Assembly (NCBI GenBank): GCA_965287045.1
Contig: OZ336899.1
Coordinates: 12,524,001 to 12,588,000, forward strand
Length of the DNA stretch: 64,000 nt
Direction: 5' to 3'
From: Carcharhinus amblyrhynchos
Lineage: Eukaryota
Both the position numbers and the translations under genes were made by a program. The notes under the pieces were generated by a model. That model saw only the letters and a list, made by a program, of their open reading frames with translations, had not been told where the DNA came from and made no database searches. Positions 35,330-47,480 of this stretch are shown here, one piece after another (the first letter of the stretch is position 1; every line of letters begins with the position of its first letter).

Positions 35330-36600
35330 TCCCACCGGGGCTTTTTGAGAATTTAATCCAGTTTTAGGAAAAATCTGGAATCAACATTGTAATCCCCTCA
35401 AATTCTGACTGTCCAATCTGGTTTAAAATGGGGGCTATCTGCAGCCCATTCAGTGAATTGTATGGGTTTTATAATGCCCAAATCATCCAGCCTCTGAAGC
35501 TTGACTTCCACCTTCTGATGAAGGGCATAAGTTACCGGGTGAGCCCGAAAATATTTAGGCGCCACTTCTTGATCCAGATAGATTTTAGCTTCCACAAGCC
35601 ATATACATCCTAATTCATCTCTGAAGAGCTCTGGATATTTATACAGCAAGTTTTAAAGTTTACTTATTAGTGTCACAAGTAGGCTCACATTAACACTACA
35701 ATAAAGTTACTGTGAAAATCCCCTTGTCACCACACTCTGGCATCTGTTCGGGTACACTGAAAGAGAATTTAGTATGGCCAACGCATCTAACCAGCACATC
35801 TTTCAGACTGTGGGAGGAAACCAGAGCACCCAGGGAAGAACGTGCAGACTCCACACAGATAGTGACCCAAGCCGATCGCACCCAAGTCCCTGGCACTGTG
35901 AGGCAGCAGTGCTAACTACTGTGTCACCTTGCTGCTCCTGAAAACCTCCACCCTTCAGGTTTAAAATGTTTAGCTAGGTCAGCTGTATCTGTTTTAACCA
36001 ATCATGTCTCATTAAACAAGATCTGCGACCTTTGATTACCAGTACTGGCAGCTTTGACTTCTAGCTCTGATATCTCACTGTTACTGTACCTGAAGTCCGT
36101 AGTGTCTCTGCTGTATATATGAACCAAACAGCACCTCGTTCACTTAGTTTAAATGGTTGGGATCCCTTTTGCAGATAACAAAATGCCTATTTCCCTATGA
36201 GTGTGGCAGGCACCCCTGTATCCATTTCCATTTTTAGTAATTCGGCATTTACCTGCAAGGTATCTGTATTGAGGGTAATTTGTTTTGCTGGACCTGGTTT
36301 AGGATGAATGACTTGGACCTCTTGCTAGACTCCACATTCAGATTATTTACAAGAGTTAGACTAGTGTCTGCTATATTTTTTGCACTGACTACCCTGATTG
36401 TTTCATTCTGCACCATGACTTTAAGTGACCTTCTTGTTACATTTCGAACACACATGGTTCTTGAATTGACAAACTTCATGAGTGTTCTCCCTCACGTTGA
36501 AAACACATTTCAGCCCACAATGTTGCATTTCTTCTACTGGCTACCGTTCCATCTGTTCCTGAGCTATTTAGTACCACAGCCATTCTCACCACAAATAATT
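35330..36600 (-). mobile_element. Ty3/Gypsy gag-pro-RT relic
   Basis: The minus strand gives a zinc knuckle CQFKNHVCSKCNKK(G)HLKSWC, protease MEMDTGVPATL, and RT N-terminus KYPELFRDELG...GIIKPIQFTEWAA...KPDWTVRI. Confidence 0.87.
35655..35935 (-). mobile_element. V-SINE with a non-CR1 3' tail, nested in the Gypsy relic
   Basis: HE1-like head and V-domain (gactgtgggaggaaaccagagcacc...gcagcagtgctaac). The tail reads ...ggggattttcacagtaact...gcctacttgtgacactaataagtaaacttt on the minus strand. Confidence 0.8.
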
Positions 36601-36862
36601 TAGCTTGTTCAGCACTTCATAAGCCTTGTCAGTTTGGATCAGTTGGTCGAACATTCACCCCTGGGTCAGAAAATTAGAGTTTCTTGCTATTTACCTAAGA
36701 GCCACGATTTTAATTTGTCCTGACCATTCCACTGCATTACTGCAAAGTAGAATTAGCGAAGATACTATTTTTCAGATGAGATGCTAAGTGAGGTTCATCT
36801 GCTTGTTAAATTTTCCATGACATTGTTAGAAACACAGGGCAATTTGCCTGGACAATGTTTCT

Positions 36863-37160
36863 TAGCACTGCTTCCTCAGAGCACCAGAGATCCAGGTTCA
36901 ATTCCAGCCTCGGGTCATTATCTATGTGGAATTTGTACATTCTCCCCATGGGTTTCCTCTGAGTACTCCGGTTTCCTCCCGCAGTCCAGTGATGTGCAGG
37001 TTGGGTTGACTGGCCATGCTAACTTGCCCCTTAGTGTCAGGGGGACTAGCAGGGTACAATGTAGGGTTAAAGAGTTAGGGTCTGGATAGAATTGTTGGCG
37101 ATGCAGGCTCAATGAGCCAAATGGCCTTCTACACTGTAGGGATTCTATGACATGATTCTC
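36863..37160 (+). mobile_element. HE1-type V-SINE
   Basis: tagcactgcttcctcagagcaccagagatccaggttcaattcc...V-domain...aatggccttctacactgtagggattctatg. Confidence 0.87.
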
Positions 37161-37815
37161 CCTCTACCAATAACAGACTAACTGGCCATTCATCTCACTT
37201 TATATGTGGAGTGTGCCTCTTTCTCAAACCACAGTGTAACAATTTGATATAATTAAGTCATTTGATAGACAATTTCAGAAGGCAGTTAAGAATCAACCAC
37301 TTTGGTATGGAACTGAAGTTACATGGCCAGACCAGATAAAGATGACAAGTTATTTTCCAAGAGGGTGTTAGCAAGCAAGCTAAACTTTTGATTCAATCCA
37401 AAAAATTTGCAATCATTTTTACTGATAACAGATTTTTATTTCTTGGATTTTAATATGGAGTTCAAATTCTTAAACTGTCATGGGGTGGAGGGGGAGGAAT
37501 ATAGAATTACTTTCTGGATTACAAGTCCAACAAAATAACCATTATACAATTGTGCCCTCAAGTATGTTGGAACAATTAAAACTATAGAGAAAAATGATGC
37601 CAGTCCCTGTTTATATTTATGCAATGCAATAGACTCTGAACTGTATTTCAAAGTTATATCTATCTTTGGAGTGAGTGAGAAAGCATCAGTCATGATCTCT
37701 ACCTCATTCTATGAAAGATGACTGATTGATAAGACAAATAAACAGAGCCATGATTATTTTCCTTTCATATTTTACAATTGAGATGCCTAATAAAAACTAG
37801 AAGTGCATCCCTCAT

Positions 37816-38480
37816 GTTACGATACTTGGCCAAACCCCAACACATGGGGGAAGCCCAGTTAGAGACCAGTAATGTTTTGTTTAAAGTAGATAAAGTTAGA
37901 GATTCAAGATGCTTACTAAGTGAATAAATCTACAAGATTCCATGGGTTTGGAACAAAAAGAAAACTTTACTGTACAATTTCAGAAAGATAAAACAATTTA
38001 CAATACCTACCTTATACTCTAACATTTAGGGTAAATATGAAGTACAGGTGAATTAACAGGCAAACTGTGGTCAGACACACCAAACTACACACCAGGGATG
38101 TTTAAAGGGCTTTTAAATAAACATATGAATATGCAAGGAAGAGGGATTATGGACCAAAGGCAGCCAGAAGGAATTTGATATCATGTTCGGCACAATATCA
38201 TGGACCAAAGGACCTGTTCCTGTGCAGTGCTGTTCTATATTCTGATAGGTGACAGATGCTACCAAAACAGATTCCATGGATTTCTGAACAACCCACCCAG
38301 ATATGTGTCATACTGTGAGACAACCAATCTCACTGAAAGTTTGTCAGTTTACAAAGGTTTCCAATCACTTTTGAAGATCTTGCCTGGGAATTCTCACTAA
38401 ATATTCCCCAGGGTACCACTTCAGCAAACCCAGTAATTATTGGAGGACAGATCGTGATGCCATGATGCCCTTTATACACT
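37816..38480. mobile_element. Possible solo-LTR-like repeat containing a CR1-tail insertion at ~38095-38245
   Basis: Starts TGTTACGA with AT-rich LTR-like composition. The embedded tail reads catggaccaaaggacctgttcctgtgcagtgctgttctat. No partner LTR was seen. Confidence 0.35.
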
Positions 38481-38863
38481 GTAATCAATAACTCTGGCTT
38501 GAATTTTTCACTCTACCACCTGTGGGTTTTTAGGCAGGAAGAGCACGAAATAGGATGAATGGGCTTCCTGCAGGGTTCCCCACTTAACCATTTATTAATC
38601 ACTTAAGGGCCATTTCCCACTCAGCCTTAATTTTGTGACTGGCAGGAAGGTTTCCTAGGTATGGGGAAGCACAAGTTTAGGCCTTGAGCAGGAAGGAGGG
38701 GTGATGTCTCCATCAGAGGCCTCCTTCTAATTTCAGGCAGTCCAGCCTATTAAGGTCCAGTGGTCGCTGGACCTTCCTGTACCCCCCAGCCAAATCTCCC
38801 CTGATACTCCAATTTCCCACTATCCAGTCCCAGGTCTTCCATATCCATCCCACTCTGAAAATT

Positions 38864-39605
38864 GAGAACACTCTTGCCTGTTGATTGTCGATCAATATTC
38901 ATTCATCCATTGTCATAGCATCTGCATGGTCTCCCCAATGTACCATGCCTCGGGACATCATTTCCTGCAGCATATCAGATAGACAACGATGGGTGAGTTG
39001 CAAGAGTATATATCGTGCACCTGGTGGATGGTGTTCTCACGTGAGATGATGACATCCGTGTCGATGACCAGCAAGAGTATTCTCTTCCTGTTGGGGAACA
39101 CTTCAGCAGCAGTCTCGGGCATTCGGCTTCCGATCTTTGGGTAATTGTTCTCCAAGGTGGCCTTCACTATACATGACAGTGCAGAGTGGCTGAGCAGAGA
39201 CTGATAGCCAAGTTCCACACACGTGAGGATGGCCTCAACCGAAATCTTGAGTTCATGTCACAGTATTTGCAACCCCCACGACTTGCCTGGGCTTGCAAAA
39301 TCTCACTGACTGTCCCAGCTGGAGACAATACACATTTCTTTAATGTGTGCTTAACCCTCCCTCCACTCACATTATCTGTACTTTTAAGACTTGATTACCT
39401 GTAAAGACTCACATTTCAACCATTATTTTGTAAATTGAGTTTGTGTCTTTATATGCCCTGTTTGCGAACAGAACTCCCACTTACCTGACGAAGGAGCAGC
39501 GCTCCGAAAGCTAGTGGCTTGTGCAACCAAATAAACCAGTTGGATTTTAACCTGATGGTGTGAGACTTCTTGTTGTGTTTACCCCAGTTCAATGCTGGTC
39601 TTGTC
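38864..39605 (+). mobile_element. Penelope-like element 3' fragment (GIY-YIG and terminal repeat) with an inverted 5' segment
   Basis: 38864-39067 on the minus strand: IYSCNSPIVVYLICCRK*CPEAWYIGETMQML. 39068 onward on the plus strand: QEYSLPVGEHFS...AEQRLIAKFHTREDGLNRNLEFMSQY. A terminal repeat with an HHR follows. Confidence 0.92.
39482..39516 (+). ncRNA. Minimal type I hammerhead ribozyme (PLE-type)
   Basis: UAC-CUGACGA-a-GGAGC-agc-GCUCC-GAAA-GCUA-GUG: both core boxes, a perfect 5-bp stem II, a palindromic AGCU for dimeric stem III, and a short stem I (UAC/GUG). Confidence 0.82.
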
Positions 39606-40409
39606 CTAGCAGTCTGCTGTTTCTTGCCTTTTCTCAACACATTTGTTTAAATCAGCTCCTTGTGGACAAAACCAATCTTTAGTCAACAAGTGAAAAATTA
39701 CTGATTTTCCCTGAAGCTGGCACCCAGCTCATCCTGGCATTTTCATCATCATAATATCAATACTGAGACAGCATAATGGATTTTTTAAATTAATAATGTG
39801 GAAGGAAGATTTACACAGCCAAGTAAATGTTATCTTTTATTTCATTCTTACATTTGTCACTGTTCACACCATACAGGAACTCACTGGGAAAATGTCGAAG
39901 AGAAGGGGAGATGGTGTCAAAAGGGTTTGAATATTCATTGTCTGTATTAAAATAGCAAAGAATATACATAGATGAGAAGAACTTGCAGGCACACTTCAGC
40001 TGCTATATTGTGGGTGGGAAGTGGTGTTAATGACATGACCCTTTACTTTCCAGATTGAGGGAAATAATCTGGTTTACATCACAGTATTTCTGTTGACTTT
40101 GAACTAATGGTAGCCACAGTAGCATGACAGTTTGGTAAGTAAAGTAGAGGTTCGGTAAGTAAGTTGGCAGTGGCTCCTCTGTAGGATCGGGACTTTTTTC
40201 AGGTACGACTCTGCTGTCATCATGAGAAACTCAGGTGACTCATAACAGTCCCAACAAGAGAGTTTTCCACTTCCTGGAGTGTATGTATATTTCCAGCCTT
40301 TTGGCAATGATACAGTACACATAGACAAACTTGCGATTTGGGGCTTCAATGGTCATGAATACATCATATTCATTAAAACTGGCAATGACAGGGATCAGAA
40401 AATGGAGTT

Positions 40410-40770
40410 GCTGCAATGCATCCTATAGATGGTACACACTGCTTCCACTGTGGTGTATTTAAGATGATAGATGTGGAGCAAATCAAACAGGCTGCTTTGT
40501 CCTGGATGGTGTCAATCTTCTGGAGTATTGTTGAAGCTATCCTCATCCGTACAAGTTGTGATTTTTTTTTAGATAGTGGACAGATTTTGAGGAGTCACTA
40601 GTTGAGTTACTTGCCACAGAATTCTGAGCCTCTGACCTGATTTTGTAGTCACAGTATTTGTGGCTGGTCCAGTTAAGCTGGGGTCAATGGTAGCCCCAAG
40701 ATATTGACAGTAGAAGATTCAGCGATGGTAATGCAGTTGAAAAGCAAGAGGAGATGGCTAGATTAACTGT
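40410..40770 (-). mobile_element. CR1/L2-group LINE fragment (same family as 130-660)
   Basis: Homologous to 50225-50630: gctgctttgtcctggatggtgtcaa..., gacctgattttgtagtcacagtatttg. Confidence 0.75.
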
Positions 40771-40779
40771 AAGGACAGT

Positions 40780-41130
40780 AATAATGTAGGAAACATGTTA
40801 GCAAATTAGTGCACAGCAAGGTTCCACAAACAGCAATGTGATTAGAATTGGATGGTTTGTTTTTTTGATGTTGGTTGAGGGGTAGACATTGAATGGGATA
40901 TCAGGCAGAATTGCCCTGCAGTTTTTTTTTGAATAATGCCATGGAATCCTTTACATCCACCTGAGAGGGCAGATGGTTTCTCATCTATTCAGAAAGGGAG
41001 CAACTTCTGATGGTGCACCTTCTCAGCACTGCTCTAAATTGTCAGCCTAGATTTCTCTGATGTGGCACTTAAATCCACAAATCTCTAACTCAGTGATGAT
41101 AGCGTTACTACTGAGCAATGGTTGCCACAG
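40780..41130 (-). mobile_element. DeuSINE (SacSINE1-like)
   Basis: gcaaattagtgcacagcaaggttccacaaacagcaatgtg...gccatggaatcctttacatccacctgagagggcaga. Confidence 0.75.
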
Positions 41131-41829
41131 AAGACATTAGCACACTGGGAGCCACCAGCAGGGCATGATATGAGTGACAACTTTAATTTATACCTTAGAC
41201 TGTGGAATAACTACTCCAGTCTTCCTGTGAAGGATCTTCAGATGTTCCATTACTGTTGAATCTGTTGTTTCAACTTTATTGAGAGGAATTGCCCCTTGTC
41301 CAAAGTTTCGATCAGGATGATCTTCATACAAACATCCCCACCTCCCCACGTTTTGAGTATTTATGTTTTAGGAGTTTTACTCAGTCCTTCCTTGGTTTGA
41401 CCTCCCAGATTGGCCTCAATCTCCCAGCAATGCTGTGAATCTGATTTTTATTTTCTCCCCGTATAATGGCTGCATTTCATGAATAATTTTGCACAATTGG
41501 ATCAATATAAATCACAAGTTGGATTTCACATCGTCTTTTGCCACTGAGTGGGATTGACTTTAGAACGTTGAAATTTCACCTCAAAAAAAGTCATTGTTTC
41601 CCTTCTTCAGACAGAGGGCTGTTTCAAACAAATTGTCAAGTGTTTCAGCATAAACTTGTTAAAGATACACTCCTATTCTTTATTATTAAAAATACAACCC
41701 ACCCTCCACTATTAAAGGAGCTCTCACATTCTTAATTATTGAAGGGACATCTCCATTCCTAAGCATATCAGAGGTATTGTTCCACTATCACACGACTCAG
41801 ATTTTTAAAAGCATCATCTGGTATGAAAT

Positions 41830-42060
41830 TGAGCCATACAGATGAGAAAAATCCCAGGTTCAATCCTCAGTCTTTGCTGTCAATTAATTTGAGTTATGAT
41901 ACTGCAATCAATCTCAGCACCCTTGAATTAAGGTGAGAAAAATCAGGTCCTGCTCCTTAGCAGTATCATGAGGCCACTACAGGAAAGTGCCCATGCGTGA
42001 ATTTTGACTGAGGATTAAATGCAGATCAGCTGAAAAACGCAGACACTTTCCATTCTACAA
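41830..42060 (+). mobile_element. Ancient tRNA-derived SINE-like repeat (unassigned family)
   Basis: B-box-like ggttcaatcc, then gaaaaatcaggtcctgctcc...ggaaagtg. Similar degraded copies lie at ~6840-7000 (-), ~47480-47670 (-) and ~51230-51540 (+). Confidence 0.4.
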
Positions 42061-43969
42061 CAACCTTCTGTAGAAGAGGCTGACTCCAGATGTTCAGTCT
42101 TTCAAACATCAGTTGGACTGGTAACTGGATCACCTTGAAAAGAATATAATTTGTGCCAGGGAGCCTTTAGTCATGCTTGACCAAACCGTTCTCTTAGCTT
42201 GGGAGCTGCCACACTGAGCACTACATTGAAGGAGGACAGAGAGTAACTAACTGTGTCAGAGTTAGCAAAACCAATTGCCGAACTTGTTGGCAGCTAGAGA
42301 GATTTGGTCATGGGGTGGGTCAGGTAGTTGGAGCTGTGCCATCCCATCTTGGGAAGGGACAGGTGCAGAATCAATAACAGCAAATGGTCTGAAAGCAGAG
42401 AAGTACTGAACAGAAAATGCTGCCTTAAGGAGGCCTTTTAAATATTGTCACCCTGCGTATAATTAGAGGGTCATGTCAATAGAGAGCTGTAAATTAAGAT
42501 AAAGTATTTTGTCATTAACGCCCCTTGGTAGTCAATGAATCGAATAAACATGGTGCATTTGAAAGAACATTTGCTGGCAATGGAAGCCATCGTTCTGCAA
42601 CACGGTTTGAGAAGCCCAAAGTGAGACCCCCTTTCTCTCGCCCTCCTCCTTATCTAATTTTCTCTGCTAGCTCTGGGTTCATTGTCGATGACTTTCTAAT
42701 TTTCTTTATTTTTCTGCCTGACCAGCAAATGCTCATTTCTCAGTGGCACGGTTCAGGCTTCTCCCTGTCCCCCAAGCCTGGTCAGGTCACAGAAACGTTA
42801 AGGCTTTTGTCAAGGTGATTAATAGCACTTTATATCATCTCTAATTCACTCACTAATGACTGAGAGTCACTAGTCTCAGAGTAATCGGGTGATATATGTG
42901 CCGAGCCTATACCTTATGGCAGAGGTGAAAATCATTTAGACAAGTCAAATATTGTTGCAGGGACAAATGGCTTTCTCTGTTAATAAAAATTAATGAATTT
43001 TTTCAGTGGTTTGCTAAATGAAGCTATAGAGACTGTGCACAAGAGACTCTGGACCTGATCTCCCAGCCATTGGGGAAAATAAAGCATTTGTATTCAGCAT
43101 TTAGTGAGACCGTCATGTTTGCTTTAGCACAGCCCTGCATTTCTCACCTGCTTCATTCCTTTGTTTGAGTTTTTCTTTAAATATCTTTTTAAAAATGCTA
43201 TTAATGTTAATCATGTTCAGTACTTTGACAAGCTTCAATGTTGTTCTATCTTAATGGTGCAATTTGTCTTTTGACAAGAGTTTTCAAAATACAGTTTCAT
43301 TTTCATCTCTACAGCCAACTCGATAAAATTTTGTACCACAATATTTATGTAATTTTAAGGCTGGTGTTTTTATTAGCAAGATAATATGTACTCTAATACA
43401 TCACATCACTGTCCCATCTCAAAGTGTTTCACGAACAATGAATTGCTCTTTGAAGTGCAGTATTATGGGAACCATTCTGTGCCAGTAACAACCTAGGAGA
43501 AGTCAATGAGATAGAATTAATCTGTTTTTGGTGGTGGTGTTTGAGGGAGGAATATTTGCCTGGCCAACTCTCCTTTTTGCAAAGTGTGCAGGGATCTTTA
43601 GCATTCACCAGGCAGTGTCTCATCTCATCCAAACATTAGTAAGCATTCCTTTAGGTATTACAAAGATTTCTTTTTTGACAAGGGTCCATTTTGATTGATT
43701 CTTGATCATGAAGTGAAACGGTCAGCAATGATTTGCAAAATCTGTGACCAAGTGATATATCAGGTTTGAATCCCATGTCAATTGCAAATAATGTCATCAC
43801 AGTGTCACTAAGCAAAACAGATTGAAAGTCTTCTAGTCATATCATTAAAATCCAGTGCCAAGGAACATTGTATGGACATATTGCCAAAGTTGCACAAATT
43901 ACCACAATTGCATGTCTTCTTAGAACAGAAAAAAGAGATCAAGGGTAGAGCAAACTAGAATACTGGCAA

Positions 43970-45265
43970 CAGATTAATGACACTTACTCCATAACAGTAA
44001 CTAAGTAATTCACCCCCTGACTCCCCAGAGTCTGGCCACTATCGAAAAGGCACAAGTCAGGGGTGTAATGAAATACTCTCCACTCATATGGTTGAGTATA
44101 ACTCACTTGGACAACACTCATGAGGTTTGATACCTTCAGGACAAAGCGATCTGCTTGATTGGCACCTTATCAATCATCTTCAACATTCGCTCCCTCTATC
44201 ACTGATGCATAGTAGCAGCAGGGTGCACTATGATACCAGGGGGGTGCCAGACGTCCGGCTTTAGGCTGGACTGTCCAACTTTTGAGCACTCTGTCCTCCA
44301 TCCGGCGCCACCCCGAGCCGGACGTTAACTTGTCCTCCTTTTTTGGGTTTGACTAAAGGTTGTGACCAGCAGCTGAGAAAACCAATCGGTTATCCAATTG
44401 GTTATCCCATCACGGTTATCCAATGGATGCTGTGCGCCCACTGACTGGCAGCTACTTTATCCAATCTGCGAGCTCCATTCAACTGAATTTAAAAAACAAT
44501 GAAAATGATGTTCAACAATTGTAACCAATCACAGACCGTGCTGCCATCAACACATGCCCCTCAATGTGATTGACATCTTCATTAGCCAATTGCAATGCAC
44601 TGACCAATCGGAACACGCTGAACCTGTGAGACTCGCGGAGCTGATTGACAGCTACATTATCCAATCCGTGAGCTCCATCCTTCTGAACTGCGAGAACACC
44701 AAAAATGACGCATACAATTGTAACCAATCACAGACCGCGCTGCTGACAACACACACCCCTCCATGTGATTGACAGCTTCCTTAGCCAATCGCAATGCATC
44801 GACCAATCGGAATGTGCTAAACCTGCGCAACTCTCAGCCCAGCATCATTGCAGCGTTCAGTTCGAACTGGGGCAATGTCCTCCTTTTTGGTAATTTGAAA
44901 TGGCCACCCTATATGATACACTGCAACAACTTACCAATGTTCTTTCAACAGTACCTTCCAAACCTATGACTGTATCACCTAGAAGCATGAGGGCAGCAGA
45001 TGCATGGGAATATCACCATCTGCAGGTTCCTCTCCAAGCCACATGCCACCCTGACTTGGAACTATATCACCATTTCTTCACTGTCACTGGTTCAAAATCC
45101 TGCAACTTTCTTTCTAACTACAGTGTGGGTGTATCTTCATGACATGGACTGCAGCAATTCAAGAAGATAGCTCACCACTAGCCTCTCAAGAGCAATTAGG
45201 GATGGGCAATAAATGTTGGCCTAGGCAGTGACACCCAGATCCCATGAAAGAATAATTTTAAAAAT
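43970..45265 (+). mobile_element. CR1/L2-group LINE 3' fragment, interrupted by a hAT MITE
   Basis: KAQVRGVMKYSPL-type coding relic. 3' end agctcaccactagcctctcaagagcaattagggatgggcaataaatg...cccatgaaagaataa. Confidence 0.8.
44237..44911. mobile_element. Non-autonomous hAT transposon (Blackjack-like TIRs)
   Basis: Perfect 8-bp TSD TATGATAC at 44229-44236 and 44912-44919. Termini CAGGGGGGTGCCAG...TGGCCACCCTA resemble TAGGGTGACCA-type TIRs, with subterminal TGTCC motifs. Confidence 0.88.
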
Positions 45266-45479
45266 AACAAAATTGGATTCATCAACACCTGAGATACACA
45301 ACTCCAGCATGGCTTATAAATGTGAGGAGGTGGTCTTGCATGTTAGTGCTCTGTAATGATAAACAAAGCCATGCAGAGACCACACTCTGCCTCCAAATAG
45401 TGTAAAGAAAAGGGCATGGCCCCCAGTGACCTATACTGACCTCTTGTGCATCCCCACATTCTTCGCCCCACATTTGATG

Positions 45480-45720
45480 GTTAGTCCTTTAGCTGCTTAG
45501 AAGCAGTGAAATTACTTCCCAAAACCTTTGCATGATCTCTGCTTCTCTCTCTCTCCTTGAGATGCTTCTTATATAAAACCTACATATCTTTGACTAAAAC
45601 TTTGGTCGGTTGTCTGAATATCTCTTTATATAGTTTAGTGTCAATTTTAGTGTACTAACTCTCCTGTGAAATAACTGAGACATTTTACTGTGCTGTTGAG
45701 TATAAAAGTTAATTGTGTTG
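45480..45720 (+). mobile_element. Old L2 LINE 3' end
   Basis: Similar to the reverse complement of 46450-46640 (aaaacctacatatctttgactaaaactttggtc). Confidence 0.55.
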
Positions 45721-46449
45721 CATGCAAGTACAAAAATATAGGGCCTACACTGCCTCACCTGCAATCAGTTAGAAATCGGCTGACTAATCTAGAAGAAGAA
45801 TCAACAGAAGTCCTAAAGGACTTACAGTATCCCTTGTAGTAATATAGGATTTGTACCCAAACTATGGGGAGTTTCTATGGCATCATTTTTTCAAGGATTG
45901 GGAAATTGTGTAATTTTTTCAAGGATTGGTAAGAAGAATTTGTGACCTTGCAGAAATTTGTTTTTACAGCACAACCTTGTAAGCTTCTCACCCTCAACAT
46001 TAGAATGATAGATAAGCAGTGGAGGAGAGGAATGCACCCTCACCTAAAAAGGGGTGCTCAGAACAAATTTTCAACAATTGCACAACTGTTATATTTTTGT
46101 TTCAATATTTCTCCATCGTTTTCTGCCCTCCTCTACTGGTAATATGGTTCTATGTTTTTATTAGGCCTCTGATATCTTTCCCCCCCAGCCCACACAATAC
46201 CTAATTTTCATTCATTCCTTGTGATAATGAATATACGTGTGTAAAGCCATCATAACCCAGTCCAATGTATTGGTGTTTTCCAGAAAGTTATTGGATCGGA
46301 TCAGGAGCAAGACATTTGACTGATTCTAACCAAGTTGACACAGTGCTAGCTAGCACTTTCAGCTCTTAGGAGTTGTGGGTTTAAGTCCCACTCCAGAAAT
46401 GTGAACACTAGATCTGCAACTATAATTCCTATTTATACTGTACTTCTAA

Positions 46450-47230
46450 AATAGTAAAACATCCCACTGCACCTCACAAGATTGTCATAAAACAAATGCA
46501 CTATGCTACCCAAAAAGATATTGGGGGAGATTGCCAAAAGTTTAGTCAAAGAAGTAAATTTTAAGGAGCGTTTTAAAGAGTAAAGAGAGGCAGAAAGATT
46601 TAGAAAATAAACTCCAGTTCTCTGGGCCTTGGCAACAGAAACAATAGCTGGAGGAGTACTTAATGTCAGGGATACTGAAGAGGCTAGCATCTGAGGAGTG
46701 CAGATTTCTCAGGGAGTTGTAGAGCTTGAGGAGATTAGAGATAGGGAGGGCTGAGGCCATGGAGGAATTTGAAAACAAGGAGAATTTGAGAACAAGGAAA
46801 ATTTTAAAATCTAGGTGTTTCTTACCCAGCAGTCAATAAGAATCATCAGGCACATGGGTAGTGGATGACAGCAGAATTTGGTGTGACTTAAGACATGGGT
46901 AGCAGTGTTTTGGATGAGCTCAGGTATATGGAGAATAGAAAGTGGAAGGCTAGCTCAGTGTGTTGGAACAGTCTTGCCTACAGATGGCAAAAGCACGGAT
47001 GAGGGTTTCAGCAGCAGATGAATTGAGGCAGGGACAAATGTGGAAGTTGGTAGTTTTAGTGAAGCAGGGATATGTAATTGGAAGCTGACCTCTAGATCAA
47101 ATATGACACCAGGTTACGATCAGTCTGGCTCAGCTTCAAACAGTTTCAGGGAGAGGGATGGAGTTAGTGGCTAGGAAATGGGGTTTGTGCTGGCAATTAA
47201 TGACAATGGCCTCAATCTTCCCAGTATTTA
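46450..47230 (-). mobile_element. L2 LINE relic
   Basis: Minus-strand L2-type C-terminus (FSNSSMASALPISNLLKLYNSLRNLHSSDASL) and tail tttagtcaaagaagtaaattttaaggagcg. Confidence 0.7.
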
Positions 47231-47269
47231 CTGTCAGGTGTCTTTAATTTTAAGACCTTATACCAAAGT

Positions 47270-47480
47270 CCTGAATGTTCTCTTTGGATGTAAAACATCC
47301 TATGACACTATTCAAAGAAAAACAAAGGAGTTCTTCACATGTTTCTGAGCCAGATTTATCCTTAAACCAATATCAGTAAAAGAAAAATAATCTCCTTATT
47401 GTTGTGGGAGCTTGTGTGCTTGTTTCCTAAAGTATAGCATCGACTACATTTCAAATGTATACAATTGAAATGTAAGTTCC
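47270..47480 (+). mobile_element. DeuSINE fragment
   Basis: ggatgtaaaacatcctatgacactattcaaagaaaaacaaaggagttct...tttatcctt...gtgggagcttgtgtgc. Confidence 0.6.
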
